This document shows, in pieces, positions 30,813 to 40,976 of a stretch of 64,000 nt of DNA (positions within the stretch are counted from its first letter, which is position 1; each line of letters starts with the position of its first letter). Source of the DNA: Candidatus Obscuribacteraceae bacterium. GTDB taxonomy: Bacteria > Cyanobacteriota > Vampirovibrionia > Obscuribacterales > Obscuribacteraceae. Position numbers and translations under genes: made by a program. A model generated the notes under the pieces. That model searched no databases. It was not told the origin of the DNA and saw only the letters and a program-made list of their open reading frames with translations. Location: assembly GCA_044229845.1 (NCBI GenBank), contig JBGASG010000006.1, positions 32,001 through 96,000 of the forward strand. Direction: 5' to 3'.

Positions 30813-31106
30813 ATGGCAACATCAAGGAAAAAACCGACAAACGACGCAGAGCGGTTGGCAATGAGGCTGCCTGCGGAACTAAAAGAGCAGGTTGAAAGAG
30901 CCGCAGCACTGCGCGGTGAAACCGTCAGCGGCTGGGCGAAGCCAATACTTGCCGAGGCGGCCGCACGTCAACTGCGCGATCATGATTTTCTTGAGATGGC
31001 TCGGGCGGACCGCGTCGCGTTCATTCAGGCAGTACTGTCGCCGTCCAAACCTACCAAGGCAGCAATCGAAGCGGCCAGGCGATACAAGAAGGCGTTTGGG
31101 GTCTAG
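30813..31106 (+). CDS. DUF1778 (TacA/AtaR-type) antitoxin
   Basis: RHH-like RLAMRLPAELKEQVERAAALRG; directly upstream of a GNAT gene. Confidence 0.82.
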   Translation: MATSRKKPTNDAERLAMRLPAELKEQVERAAALRGETVSGWAKPILAEAAARQLRDHDFLEMARADRVAFIQAVLSPSKPTKAAIEAARRYKKAFGV

Positions 31107-31107
31107 G

Positions 31108-31659
31108 TTGCAGTCTATAACGCTGAACCAAATCGAGTTGCTGGACCCGGTCCGACACAACCGCAAGTCTTTCACCAGTGGTGTTGCACAACTGGATGCA
31201 TATCTGCGCACTAAAGCCCGCAAAGACGCTCCCTCACTGTCGCTGACTTTTGTGCTGACCTGTAAAGAAGAAGTGGGCGAGATTCTGGGGTATTACAGCC
31301 TTAGCTCCGCGCATCTCCGGTCAGATGACCTGCCAGCGGACCTGATGAAAAAAATTGGCCACTATGGTGCGATTCCTGCCACGTTGCTGGGCCGGCTAGC
31401 GGTCGCCGAGGCTTATCAACGGAATAGAGAACTTCGAGTGGGCGAAAAGTTGCTGGTAGACGCCATGCTAAGGAGCTACAGCGCTTCCCTGAGCGTCGCT
31501 TCGTTTGGAATGATCGTGGACGTTCTAGTCGGGGAAAAAGGCGATCCCACAAGCTTCTACGAAAAATACGGATTCCGAAAGTGCGCCAATACTGCTGGCA
31601 AGATGTACTTGCCAATGAAAACGATCATCGAAATTCTGAAAGCGGCCGAGTTAATCTAG
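31108..31659 (+). CDS. GNAT toxin (TacT/AtaT-type)
   Basis: FTSGVAQLDAYL, GYYSL, PATLLGRLAV, FYEKYGF. Confidence 0.88.
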   Translation: MQSITLNQIELLDPVRHNRKSFTSGVAQLDAYLRTKARKDAPSLSLTFVLTCKEEVGEILGYYSLSSAHLRSDDLPADLMKKIGHYGAIPATLLGRLAVAEAYQRNRELRVGEKLLVDAMLRSYSASLSVASFGMIVDVLVGEKGDPTSFYEKYGFRKCANTAGKMYLPMKTIIEILKAAELI

Positions 31660-31754
31660 CGGCGCACCTCAAAGACGTGCACCGTGTGTCCGAATGCGAG
31701 GAACCTAAGTCTGTTTAGTGGGAGCGAGCAACCTGCTCGCTATGGTGGGCCCTC

Positions 31755-32423
31755 TCAAGGGCAGCGCAAGCCGATCAGCTCCAGGAACTTGTTGTAGTAA
31801 GTCGTGGCGTCTGTCATGGCGCCCTGACTCTTCAACAACTTGTAGTCCTGTAAGAAGCCGTCGACTTTCGCGGTAGCTGTGACTGCCGCGTTGCCATCCT
31901 CGTTGTATGCCATTTGCAGTTTGGTAATCGGAACTTCGACCATCTTGCCGGCGATTTTCATCTCGGCAGTCAGTCCTTTGATGTCTCTAAAAATCAATTC
32001 GCCATTCTTGCCCATCTTGATGTCGCACTCGAATTGCTTGCCGATCTTCAATCGGCTTGCGACATCCTTCGCGGGATCTAAGTCGAGCTGCGCACCATCT
32101 TTGAACTCCACCTTGGCGTGGTGGAAGTCATCTTTGTCTTTGCCTGGAGAGAAACTGAGTTTAGTAACGCCGTGCTTTCGCAGGATTTCTGCGGCTTTCG
32201 GTCCGAACTGGTCGAAGTCTTTGGGAGTAAGTTCGGCAGACTTGGGAATCAATTCAGGAGGCGGCTTGTCTCCACGCTCCGGTGGAGGCACCGCTCGCAG
32301 TGCCTCCGCGAACTCCTCGAACCAGTTGCCGTGCGCCTCAGTCTCGGCATTTGCCAGTTCGGTGGCAGCGGATACCGGCGGCGCATCGGCGCCTCGTATT
32401 TCAGAATATAGATCGTCAGCCAT
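31755..32423 (-). CDS. Hypothetical protein (tandem paralog of 32463)
   Basis: Shares AHGNW, ELT.KDFD..GPKAA, GVTKL, LKIGK.F.CDI, GLTAE. Confidence 0.7.
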   Translation of the reverse strand: MADDLYSEIRGADAPPVSAATELANAETEAHGNWFEEFAEALRAVPPPERGDKPPPELIPKSAELTPKDFDQFGPKAAEILRKHGVTKLSFSPGKDKDDFHHAKVEFKDGAQLDLDPAKDVASRLKIGKQFECDIKMGKNGELIFRDIKGLTAEMKIAGKMVEVPITKLQMAYNEDGNAAVTATAKVDGFLQDYKLLKSQGAMTDATTYYNKFLELIGLRCP

Positions 32424-32462
32424 GAGCGAGCTCCTCCAGCACTGCGCAGCAACTTCGGTTTG

Positions 32463-33122
32463 CTACGACTTAGCTGGTGGTTTATCCTGACCCAATAACT
32501 TCAAGAACCGGTCGAACAATAATTCTGCCTTGTCCATGACCTCGGCTGGTCTGGTACGAGTTTGATCGCGGCTGAATACTTTCCAAGTGCCGGTGGATGT
32601 CACTTCGGATTCGCCTTTGGCGTTTCTTCCCATCGAGATCTTGGTCACGGTGGCATCGCGGAAGGCACCCAATATCTGCGACTCGGCGGTCAGTCCTTCA
32701 ATATTGCTGAGGACAAATTTGCCGTTGGCATCTTTTGAGATATCGCAGGAAAATTCCTTGCCGATCTTGAGCTTGCGGCATCCATCGACGGCGGGATCTT
32801 GATCTATCTCAAGTCCCTTCTTCAATTCCGCCTTCACATGGTTGACACCATCGGCGCCAGGCGTGAGCGTCAGTTTCGTCACGCCGGCGTCCTTCAAGAC
32901 TTGCGCCGCCTTCGGACCTATTTTGTCGAAGTCTTTGTCGGTCAGTTCAACCGGTCCGCCGCCTGCCTGCTGGAGCATGGCGACTTGCTCGGGTGCTCCG
33001 GTCAACGTTGCTAATTCGGAAATCCAGTTGCCGTGGGCTTCATCGGCTGCGTCGTCGGCTGCAAGAGGTACTAAAGGTATGTCGTCAGCGGCGCGTGCGC
33101 CGTCTGCAAGTGGTGGTGTCAT
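32463..33122 (-). CDS. Hypothetical protein (tandem paralog of 31755)
   Basis: Start refined to MTPPLA with AGGAG RBS. Confidence 0.7.
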   Translation of the reverse strand: MTPPLADGARAADDIPLVPLAADDAADEAHGNWISELATLTGAPEQVAMLQQAGGGPVELTDKDFDKIGPKAAQVLKDAGVTKLTLTPGADGVNHVKAELKKGLEIDQDPAVDGCRKLKIGKEFSCDISKDANGKFVLSNIEGLTAESQILGAFRDATVTKISMGRNAKGESEVTSTGTWKVFSRDQTRTRPAEVMDKAELLFDRFLKLLGQDKPPAKS

Positions 33123-33350
33123 AGAGGCGTCTCCTGATTGAATGGCTTCGCAACCATTCCCCACACCCTTTATATGGGACAGGGCACGACTTTGGTATGT
33201 GGCTAGAGGAAAACCTGACTGCACAATTCCACAGGCGAGCACGACCGTCAGCAGGGTTGATGCACGCCAAATCGGTGCGTAGACCCGTACTGCCATACCC
33301 GAGCCGGGTTTGTATGATTAACCAACCTTCCCCTCCAAATCGCGTCAAGC

Positions 33351-34238
33351 GTGGTGTTTCAGATGACTGATGCTCCCAGACCTGATGTTAAGACGACCGT
33401 CGAGACTCCCAGCCCGTTCAAGTTCGAGATTCCCCCGCCGCAAGCGACCGATGCGCCGGGCGCCGACATGAACGACCCTTACACCCGCGAACTGGCCAAG
33501 ATGACGGCGCTCGATGACCGGGTGAATATCGGATTCAAGATGGCTCCCTCTGTCGAATCTGAATATCGGAATTTGATCGCGTCGCACGAGCAGCAGCCTC
33601 AGTCCCAGTCCGACCGCGACCTGGCGATTGCCGGCCGCATGCGGATGCTCGAACACTTCAATGCCGCCGGCGACTCGCCAAAAGTTTTGCAGATGGCCAC
33701 AGAGACAGCGCGACTCTATCCGGAGGTCTTCAGTCAACATCGTTTCGATGTGATCGCAAGCAACAATTTTTTAACCGCCAATCCTGAGTTCTTCGAACTG
33801 CTGAAGAACGCAACAGATGAACAAAAGGCGGTCTATCAGCGAGCGGCCCGCAAATCAGACCGAGACGTGGAATGGTTGAATGCCACCAGAGGGATGATGA
33901 ACCACTACGACGAGCTGATGAGCAACCCGGAAACGCACGACGCCGGATTGCGCGAGTACTGGAAACTGGTGAACGGTTCCGAACACCAAAAACCGCAGGA
34001 CCGCGGAGACAGAGAGGTTGCCGGAAAAGCGCGGCTGCGCATTCTGGATCATATGGACAAAGACGGCGTCGACAAAGCCGAAACAATGCAAGTAATGATT
34101 GAAAGCATGACGAGATATCCCGAGCTCCTGGCGCAGCCGAGGTTTATGTCCATCGCGCGGAATCTCGATGCCGGTCAGAACGCAGCCTGGGTTGCGGCAT
34201 ATAGAAACGCCGGCGGCGACCTGAGCAAACTGCAATAG
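33351..34238 (+). CDS. Hypothetical helical protein with internal duplication
   Basis: Two similar units (DRDLAIAGRMRMLEH...YPE and DREVAGKARLRILDH...YPE). Confidence 0.6.
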   Translation: MVFQMTDAPRPDVKTTVETPSPFKFEIPPPQATDAPGADMNDPYTRELAKMTALDDRVNIGFKMAPSVESEYRNLIASHEQQPQSQSDRDLAIAGRMRMLEHFNAAGDSPKVLQMATETARLYPEVFSQHRFDVIASNNFLTANPEFFELLKNATDEQKAVYQRAARKSDRDVEWLNATRGMMNHYDELMSNPETHDAGLREYWKLVNGSEHQKPQDRGDREVAGKARLRILDHMDKDGVDKAETMQVMIESMTRYPELLAQPRFMSIARNLDAGQNAAWVAAYRNAGGDLSKLQ

Positions 34239-34464
34239 AATCTGCCGGGCGAACATTCTGCGCATGCCATCGGCGAACACCCGCATGGCATGGGCTACAC
34301 GAGTTGGCATTGGACATACAAACGCGCTAAGCTTTGCTGAATGCTACACGACAAGCCGGGAATTCCGTGGCAATATGCGGATGAAGACGTTCCACCCGAT
34401 TGGATCACAGGCACCACAGGTAGTGCAGACACAGACAACCCAACGGCGCCGCCGGCAGTGAATG

Positions 34465-36288
34465 CGGGACCAAGACAACAGGTAATGTACTCGCGATAAC
34501 GACCTACGACGCTGGTTTGGCTGGCGGCTCTAAAGCCGTCAACTACACAGTCCAGAGCGGCGACACGCTGAATTCCATCGCTTCGGGATTGGCGACTAAC
34601 ATCAATGCCGACACCGACCTCCAAGGGATAAGTGTGTCCGCTGTTGCGGTGACACCCACATCTGGTGTCTCAGTCGTCAATCTGCTCTCTGCATCAAAGA
34701 ACGCGACCACATATGCGAAGTCGTTGAGCGGTGGCGCTACGGAGACAATTGCCCTGAGCAAGAATGTCGGGGTGTCCCAAGCGACCTTCAATACGGTCAA
34801 TGAGCTAACCGGCATCTCGGCCGGTGGCAATGCCCACTTCGAGGAAACACTGACAGTCCGGTATTACCGGTGACTGTCGCAGGCAATGCTGTCGACATGC
34901 CGACATCTCAAAGTTTTTCGGGGAATGCCGCGCTGTCGTCGGGGAGTAACAGTATCAGCGTGAGCGCCACTGCTGGCGGCGGAAGTGGTACAACTACAAA
35001 TACCCACAAGCTAGAAGTGGTGGGCGCTGGCAGCCAGACGCTGACCTACGACGACAACGGCAACCTAACCAGCGACGGAACGAATTCCTTCGCATGGGAC
35101 GCCGAAAACCGACTGATTCAGATTACTTATCCCAGTTCGGGAAATAAAACCGAGTTTGTGTACGGGCCAACTGGCGGCCGGATGAAGATCGTCGAGACGG
35201 TATCCGGGAGCATAACGAGCACTAAGCAGTTCGTCGGTCCTGAGGAGCGCGATGCAAATGGCGATGTTTCTACGAAGTTTTTCGCAGGTGGACAGGTAAC
35301 CGGTGCATCACTTTTCTACTACACGAAAGACCAGTTAGGTTCAGTCCGCGAAATGTGCGACGACACTGGCGCTTCTCAAGCGTTATACGCTTTTGATTTG
35401 ATTGGGAGACCTACAAAACTAGAGGGTGCAGAGGAAAGTGATGTCCAGTTTGGCGGAATGTACATACATCGAAGAAGTGGTTTAAGTTTAGCTTCGTATC
35501 GAGAGTTCAGCGCAAAACTTGGACGATGGCTGAGTAGGGATCCCATCGGCGAGGATGGCGGCTCAAACCTGTATGCGTATGGTGCGAACGATCCCGTTGG
35601 TTCTGTCGATCCAAGTGGTCTGCTAAAGTTCTGCCTGTCTGCCCAGAAAGGACGGGGGCTGGCAGGGTTCTTAGGTTACCGAGGGTACCAAGGTCCCCCA
35701 ATTGGACCCCCCGTATACCCCCCGATTGACACAGGAGGCAGCTCCGGTTCTGGAGACGGTGGCGGAGGTGGAGATCCTTCATTCGGTCCCGTAGCTGGTC
35801 CCCCCATCAAAATACCAGGTAGCAATGGGCAACCCACATGGCACTGGGGTCCAATAGGAAGCGCTCTCTCTCAAATGAGTAGCGATGACGCCGCAACCAC
35901 TGGTTTCTATACGGGCATGGCGACCTTAGGAGGAGCTTTAGCAGGCGGCATGATGGCTGCTAGCAGCGGTGGCGGTGGCGGTGGCGGTAGCTCAGGTCCC
36001 ACATTCATTGTAACTCCAGGCGGTACAGCCTATCCCGTGCCAACAGGCGCAACGGGTCCCGTGCCGACTTTCGTCCGCACGGGCGCAACTGCAGGTTCTC
36101 GAAACGGTAGTGCTTTTGTCGGCGGCAGGGGAGGAGCAAACGGACAAGTCCGAACAATGAGAATCATGGACCCGAAGAGAGGAGCCTCTAGGGGATATAT
36201 AAAGTACGAAAACGCAAACGAGCAAGGCGTCAACCCTTATACTGGTCGAACTGGATCAGATGCCGAGACGCACTTCATGATTGATTAG
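34465..36288 (+). pseudogene. 5'-truncated, frameshifted Rhs gene with intact core end and C-terminal toxin tip A
   Basis: Near-identical to the inverse of ~61280-60600; 1-nt deletion near 34840; WLSRDPIG...DPSG core end; tip ending RIMDP...GYIKY.N...VNPYTG...H. Confidence 0.85.
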
Positions 36289-36300
36289 GCGGTGTGCTGA

Positions 36301-36777
36301 ATGACTCACGACAATCTGGCGCAACTCCCCCCCGCGGAGATTTGCTACCGAATTCTTGCAGGCAAAGAAATATCGGGCGTTCGATTCGGCTATCATCTCT
36401 CGGTGATAGTGGACGGATTACACAAGGGTTTTTCGAACACTGTCAAAGGCGAGTCCTTTGTCACCCTTGCTGGCCCATGGGTACTTTCTAAAGCAAACGG
36501 GGTGGATAACTGTCCAAAAGCTACATCATCTCCGGGCTTGAGCGCTGCCGATCAATTGATGCAAATTTCTCAGGTCGCCGAAAAGCTAATTCTGTCCGTT
36601 GAGGTGAGTGCGGACTCTTGTGACTTGCTGATCCATATAGAGGACGGATGGTTGCTGACGGCCAGCGGCGATGGTGATGAAGGGTGGCACGTAGGACTCC
36701 GGGATCAATTTAGCCTCTCCGTAAGGGAACGCGTGATTACGTCTCTGGATCTGTGTCTGCCTGGTGATGACGCATGA
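36301..36777 (+). CDS. Putative immunity protein for tip A
   Basis: Small ORF immediately after the Rhs stop codon. Confidence 0.6.
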   Translation: MTHDNLAQLPPAEICYRILAGKEISGVRFGYHLSVIVDGLHKGFSNTVKGESFVTLAGPWVLSKANGVDNCPKATSSPGLSAADQLMQISQVAEKLILSVEVSADSCDLLIHIEDGWLLTASGDGDEGWHVGLRDQFSLSVRERVITSLDLCLPGDDA

Positions 36778-37033
36778 TCTCTGTGACCGGCGATGCAACG
36801 CTCACTCCAGGTAAGCGAAGCATAGTTCCCCAATGGTCTGCACTGCCTGTGTGCTTCTTTATAATCGTCCTTCATTTTTCGCGAACAGCCGGACAAAGAG
36901 AAAGGGAGGACCACCATTTTTGAAAGCGGTATCAAAGCTTTGGCACTTTCTCGCAATTGGGCATCTGTGCACGGTTCAGCGGGACCACTCAACATGCCGC
37001 CGCTGCGCGCGCGTAAGTGCAGGTTAAAGAGGG

Positions 37034-37162
37034 CACTACTCACAGCCCGAAACCCGCAGAGAATGGGCGTTTATCCGTATACCAAAAATGCAGAAGTGAT
37101 ACCAAACCCACTACTCACAGCTCGAAAGAGCCAGCCAGTCAGAGTTTATCCGTATACCAAAA
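37034..37162 (+). repeat. Bipartite direct repeat, 75-bp period
   Basis: CACTACTCACAGCYCGAAA-N16-GTTTATCCGTATACCAAAA occurs twice. Confidence 0.8.
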
Positions 37163-37596
37163 TCTCACTTCACCCCTGATCAGCACCCCGCAAAAACAAA
37201 TTCGCGGTCCCTTGTTGCCTGAATGTTCCCGACCGTGCCTGGTACTGCCCGTGTGGTCCGCACCGTAGACGGTGTCGTATTGCGCAAGCATCGATTGACC
37301 GGCTATATTGAGCAAATGCGATAGAAACGCGCCCGCAGACGGAAGCCCGCGTGTTCCGGTCGCAAATCTCTCACGCAAGCATCGAACAACGGTTGCTTAG
37401 CTCAACGAGTACGCGTTCCTCCCCGGGAACTTGCCTGAAGGACAACCAAGAATTCTGCGCGTCAGGAAGCAGGGGTTCGCACAAGCCCTGGACTGATTCC
37501 ATACCAGACGCCGTCACTCGCTCTCAGCGACTCCACAGCGACATTAGCGCGCGCCTGCGCTTCATGCCCGGCACCAGCCGAGCGGCGGAGCCCTAG

Positions 37597-37702
37597 TGTC
37601 AAGGCCAAGCCCCTGCGGGGTGGCTCCTTTCGTCGCCAGCCTTGACACCAGGGACCTGCTCCGCCGCTATTCAGGCATGAGGGCATGGCGACTTGGCGCG
37701 CG
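37597..37702 (+). other. Conserved multi-stem element upstream of integrase 1
   Basis: GTCAAGGC...GCCTTGAC closing stem; homologs at 52453-52556 and 56626-56728. Confidence 0.75.
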
Positions 37703-37831
37703 AATTTTTCCGCTAACCGGAGCCTGGAAACGCACAAGCCATCAGCCTTCCGGAACATAAACTTTTTTCCGAACTGCATACATTGTGCTTACACAACTTT
37801 TTTGCCCACCCCAAATTTCAAAGGCGGACCG

Positions 37832-39043
37832 ATGCCCAAATTGACCAAATTGTTCGTGACCAATGCACCGCTCCCACAGAAGGGACAGATTATCTATCGC
37901 GACACCGCGGTAGTCGGCCTGGGACTTCGCGTTACGCCCGCAGGGTGCAAAAGTTATGTGGTGGAAGGCCGGGTGAACGGTGTGTTCCGTCGCATCACCC
38001 TCGGCAGAGAGAATGAGCTAACTCCCACCGCCGCGCGCAAAAAAGCCCAGAAGGTTTTGACCTCGCTGGCAGCCGGCAAAGATCCGATTGTCGAAAAGTC
38101 GAAGAAGAAGATTCGAGGGGCAACCTTGCGGGAGGTTTTCGAGCATTTCCTCACCGTGCGCAACCTGCGCCCGAACACCATGCGTACCTACAGAAATATG
38201 CTGCCCCGCTGTTTGGGTGACTGGCTCGATCTGCCGGTGGTGGCAATCACAAGAGAAATGGTCGAGCAGCGTCACATGGACCTGCGCCGCACCACCAGGC
38301 AGGGCACATCTGGCGAGGCCCAGGCGAACACAGTCATGCACGTCCTGGGTACGCTCCTTAACTTCGCAGCTGTCAACTACGAAATCGACGGCAAGCCAAT
38401 CATCCTGGTCAATCCAGTCAAGCGCCTTTCCAATAATCGCCGCTGGTATCCCGAACGGCGCCGACAAACAATTATTCCTGACCACAAACTGCCTGCCTGG
38501 TACAGCGAGGTCATGTCGCTGAGGCAGGAAACTGTCAGGGACTACCTGCTGCTATTGCTGTTTACCGGATTACGCCGCAACGAAGCAGCCACCTTGCGAT
38601 GGGCTGATGTCGATCTTGAGGCGAAGGTCCTCACGATCCGTTCGGAGATAGCAAAGAACGGGAACGAGCACCGCTTGCCACTAAGTGACTTTCTCGAAGA
38701 CTTGTTGAAGCGAAGACACGCATGCCGGGGGGACGCAGAGTTTGTGTTTCCTGGACGCGGCAAGAAGCCGCACATCATAAGTCCAGATTGCTTGATCGAA
38801 CAATTAGCAGAGAGGATCAACTGTCCGTTCACGCCGCACGATTTGAGGCGAACGTTTCTGACGGTAGCCGAGAGGCTGGCACTTTCATACGTGGTGCTGA
38901 AAAAACTCGCAAATCATTCAGGAAAGAACGACACGACCTTTGGTTATGTCGTGGTGGATGTCGAACGACTGCGCGAACCCATGCAAAGAATCACGAATGA
39001 ATTTCTGAGGCTGTGTAAGCCAAATACCGACGAGGAAGCCTGA
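37832..39043 (+). CDS. Tyrosine integrase 1 with N-terminal arm-binding (DUF4102-like) domain
   Basis: GLGLRVT...RRITLG; TGLRRNE, KN, HDLRRT, NH, GY catalytic residues. Confidence 0.93.
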   Translation: MPKLTKLFVTNAPLPQKGQIIYRDTAVVGLGLRVTPAGCKSYVVEGRVNGVFRRITLGRENELTPTAARKKAQKVLTSLAAGKDPIVEKSKKKIRGATLREVFEHFLTVRNLRPNTMRTYRNMLPRCLGDWLDLPVVAITREMVEQRHMDLRRTTRQGTSGEAQANTVMHVLGTLLNFAAVNYEIDGKPIILVNPVKRLSNNRRWYPERRRQTIIPDHKLPAWYSEVMSLRQETVRDYLLLLLFTGLRRNEAATLRWADVDLEAKVLTIRSEIAKNGNEHRLPLSDFLEDLLKRRHACRGDAEFVFPGRGKKPHIISPDCLIEQLAERINCPFTPHDLRRTFLTVAERLALSYVVLKKLANHSGKNDTTFGYVVVDVERLREPMQRITNEFLRLCKPNTDEEA

Positions 39044-39173
39044 ACGCCAATGGCGCATTTTTCCGAATCGCATACAATGAGCTTACAAGCCTTTTGAAAC
39101 TCGACGTCGCCGCAAGCGAAGACACCGACACCACGACGCATTGGCACCACCGGCGATGCGAGCGTTTTCAAAC

Positions 39174-40084
39174 AGATTACTTATCCCAGTTCGGGAAACA
39201 ATTCGGCTTTTACATATGACCCGCACGGAAGAGTGGTCAAAATTGTGGAGACTGTGGCGAGCAGCGTCACCAGCACAAAACAGTTGATTAACCTTGGATT
39301 CCGATTTGCCGAGGAGCGGGATGGCTCTGGAAGTCTTACCAGGCAGTTCTTCCGAAGAGGTCAGATCGTTGGAGCTACCAATTATTTCTATTTCAAAGAT
39401 CAGCTTGGCTCGATCCGGGAAATGACCGACGCAGCTGGTTCGGCAGTGTCAAGTTACACCTTCGATCCTTTCGGCAGGGTTGCGAGCATCACCTCCACGG
39501 TTGAGAGTGACCTGGGCTTCGGCGGGTACTACCGCCATCGACGGAGTAATCTGGACCTCGCATTGTTTCGAATATACAGCGCTGCACTTGGCCGCTGGAT
39601 CAGCAGAGATCCCATTCGAGAAAAGGGCGGCTTGAACATGTATGCATACGCGGGAAATATGCCGGTGCGAAAGTTAGATCCGACGGGATTGAGCTGTAAC
39701 AACTTCGACGACGATGAAAACTACCCTCCTGATGAAGACGATTGGTTGCCTTGGCTGGAGATTCCATCTTACACAACAGATCCACACATGGAAGGGGTTT
39801 TTCAGCTTCCTAGACCGAAAAGACGAATCCGTCTACGTTCATTCTTTAAGCCCTGCAAACCGGATAGTGATCCGCAATGCTGCGAAGAAAACCGTGTGGG
39901 CTGCGGATCAGTGGCGAGAATCGTCAATGAAAAGTTCGACTTGAGTCTGGATGAGTTTCAAAAGTTGATTGATTGTTGTGACAAGGCATTTAAGGAATGC
40001 GAGGAGCATTACCGCAGTGGGACAGAGTACCCCCAACATCCCTGGGAAGATTGCTTTAAGGAATATGTGATTTTCACGAAATGA
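39174..40084 (+). pseudogene. Orphan Rhs C-terminal cassette (tip B), starting exactly at the AGATTACTTATC core
   Basis: ITYPSSGNNSAFTYDP..., WISRDPI...DPTG, Cys/acidic-rich tip. Confidence 0.85.
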
Positions 40085-40184
40085 TTTTCATGCTGCACCC
40101 AGATGCGTTGTTCGCTCAAACAGAGCTGACCGCTCAAACACGGACTGACTATCGCGGTGCACATAGCGCTACATATAACTACAC

Positions 40185-40844
40185 TTGTTCCTGAAAGCGT
40201 TAGGCAGCACAATTGAACGTAGAACTGATTCCCATCTCTCTTCTCAACGCCAAAGGATTTCAAAGATGGATGAAGAAACTTTCCGGAAGGTTCTTAGGAA
40301 TGGCTTCGTGCTAAGGGAACAAGCATTTGCTGAAGTTGGTCAGATTTCGCGAGGGCGCAAAGCTTTAGATTGTGCCGATCAGTTGCTAAACTGCGACGAT
40401 AAGTTGACTGGTTCCCAGCTTTTGGAAGTGCTTGTCGAGTTTACGCCCTTAGCAATAGCTTGTGGTGACTTTTCGCGAGCCTCAACCTACGTAGCGATGC
40501 TTGTGCAAATATCTCAGGAAAACACACATATGTGTCACTTGGCTTATACTGCCTGGATATTTAACGGTATGGTACTTCTCGGACAGGGAAGAGGCGTGGA
40601 AGCTGTAGACTCGTTGAACAGAAGCTCCCTTCCTCTGTCGCCAGACGGGAGTTTATTAGTACCCAGCAAACGCCTGCTCAACTTTTTACGCGAACTGCTG
40701 CATTCGGAAGCTGCCTTGATGGCGCATTCCAGAGAGGCAGTCGTTGGATTTGTCAGCAGATTAGTAGAAGGCATAAAAGATGAGCCAGGGAGACCAAACA
40801 AGCAGAACTTCTTATTATTCCTCGAAGAACTACAGGGAAGCTAG
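40185..40844 (+). CDS. Putative immunity protein (helical/TPR-like; start probably 40266)
   Basis: Directly follows tip B. Confidence 0.55.
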   Translation: MFLKALGSTIERRTDSHLSSQRQRISKMDEETFRKVLRNGFVLREQAFAEVGQISRGRKALDCADQLLNCDDKLTGSQLLEVLVEFTPLAIACGDFSRASTYVAMLVQISQENTHMCHLAYTAWIFNGMVLLGQGRGVEAVDSLNRSSLPLSPDGSLLVPSKRLLNFLRELLHSEAALMAHSREAVVGFVSRLVEGIKDEPGRPNKQNFLLFLEELQGS

Positions 40845-40976
40845 AACGAAGCCTGGCGTCGAACCACCAGCGGCACCACGAGCCTTCCAAAATCAAGTCG
40901 CGAGCCAGAGCGACGGTCAACCTACCTACAGCATGTCCGTCATTGTGTTTCTTAGCCCTGTGAGCTACGGCGAACG

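Noticed and set aside
34240..34465. tRNA or att site at the left island boundary
   Set aside because: No cloverleaf or boundary direct repeat recognised
37034..37162. Possible mini-CRISPR
   Set aside because: Only two bipartite units, short spacers, no cas genes
37832..40844. Integron interpretation
   Set aside because: Integrases have an arm-binding N-domain, there is one per cassette, and no attC-like GTTRRRY cassette structure was seen
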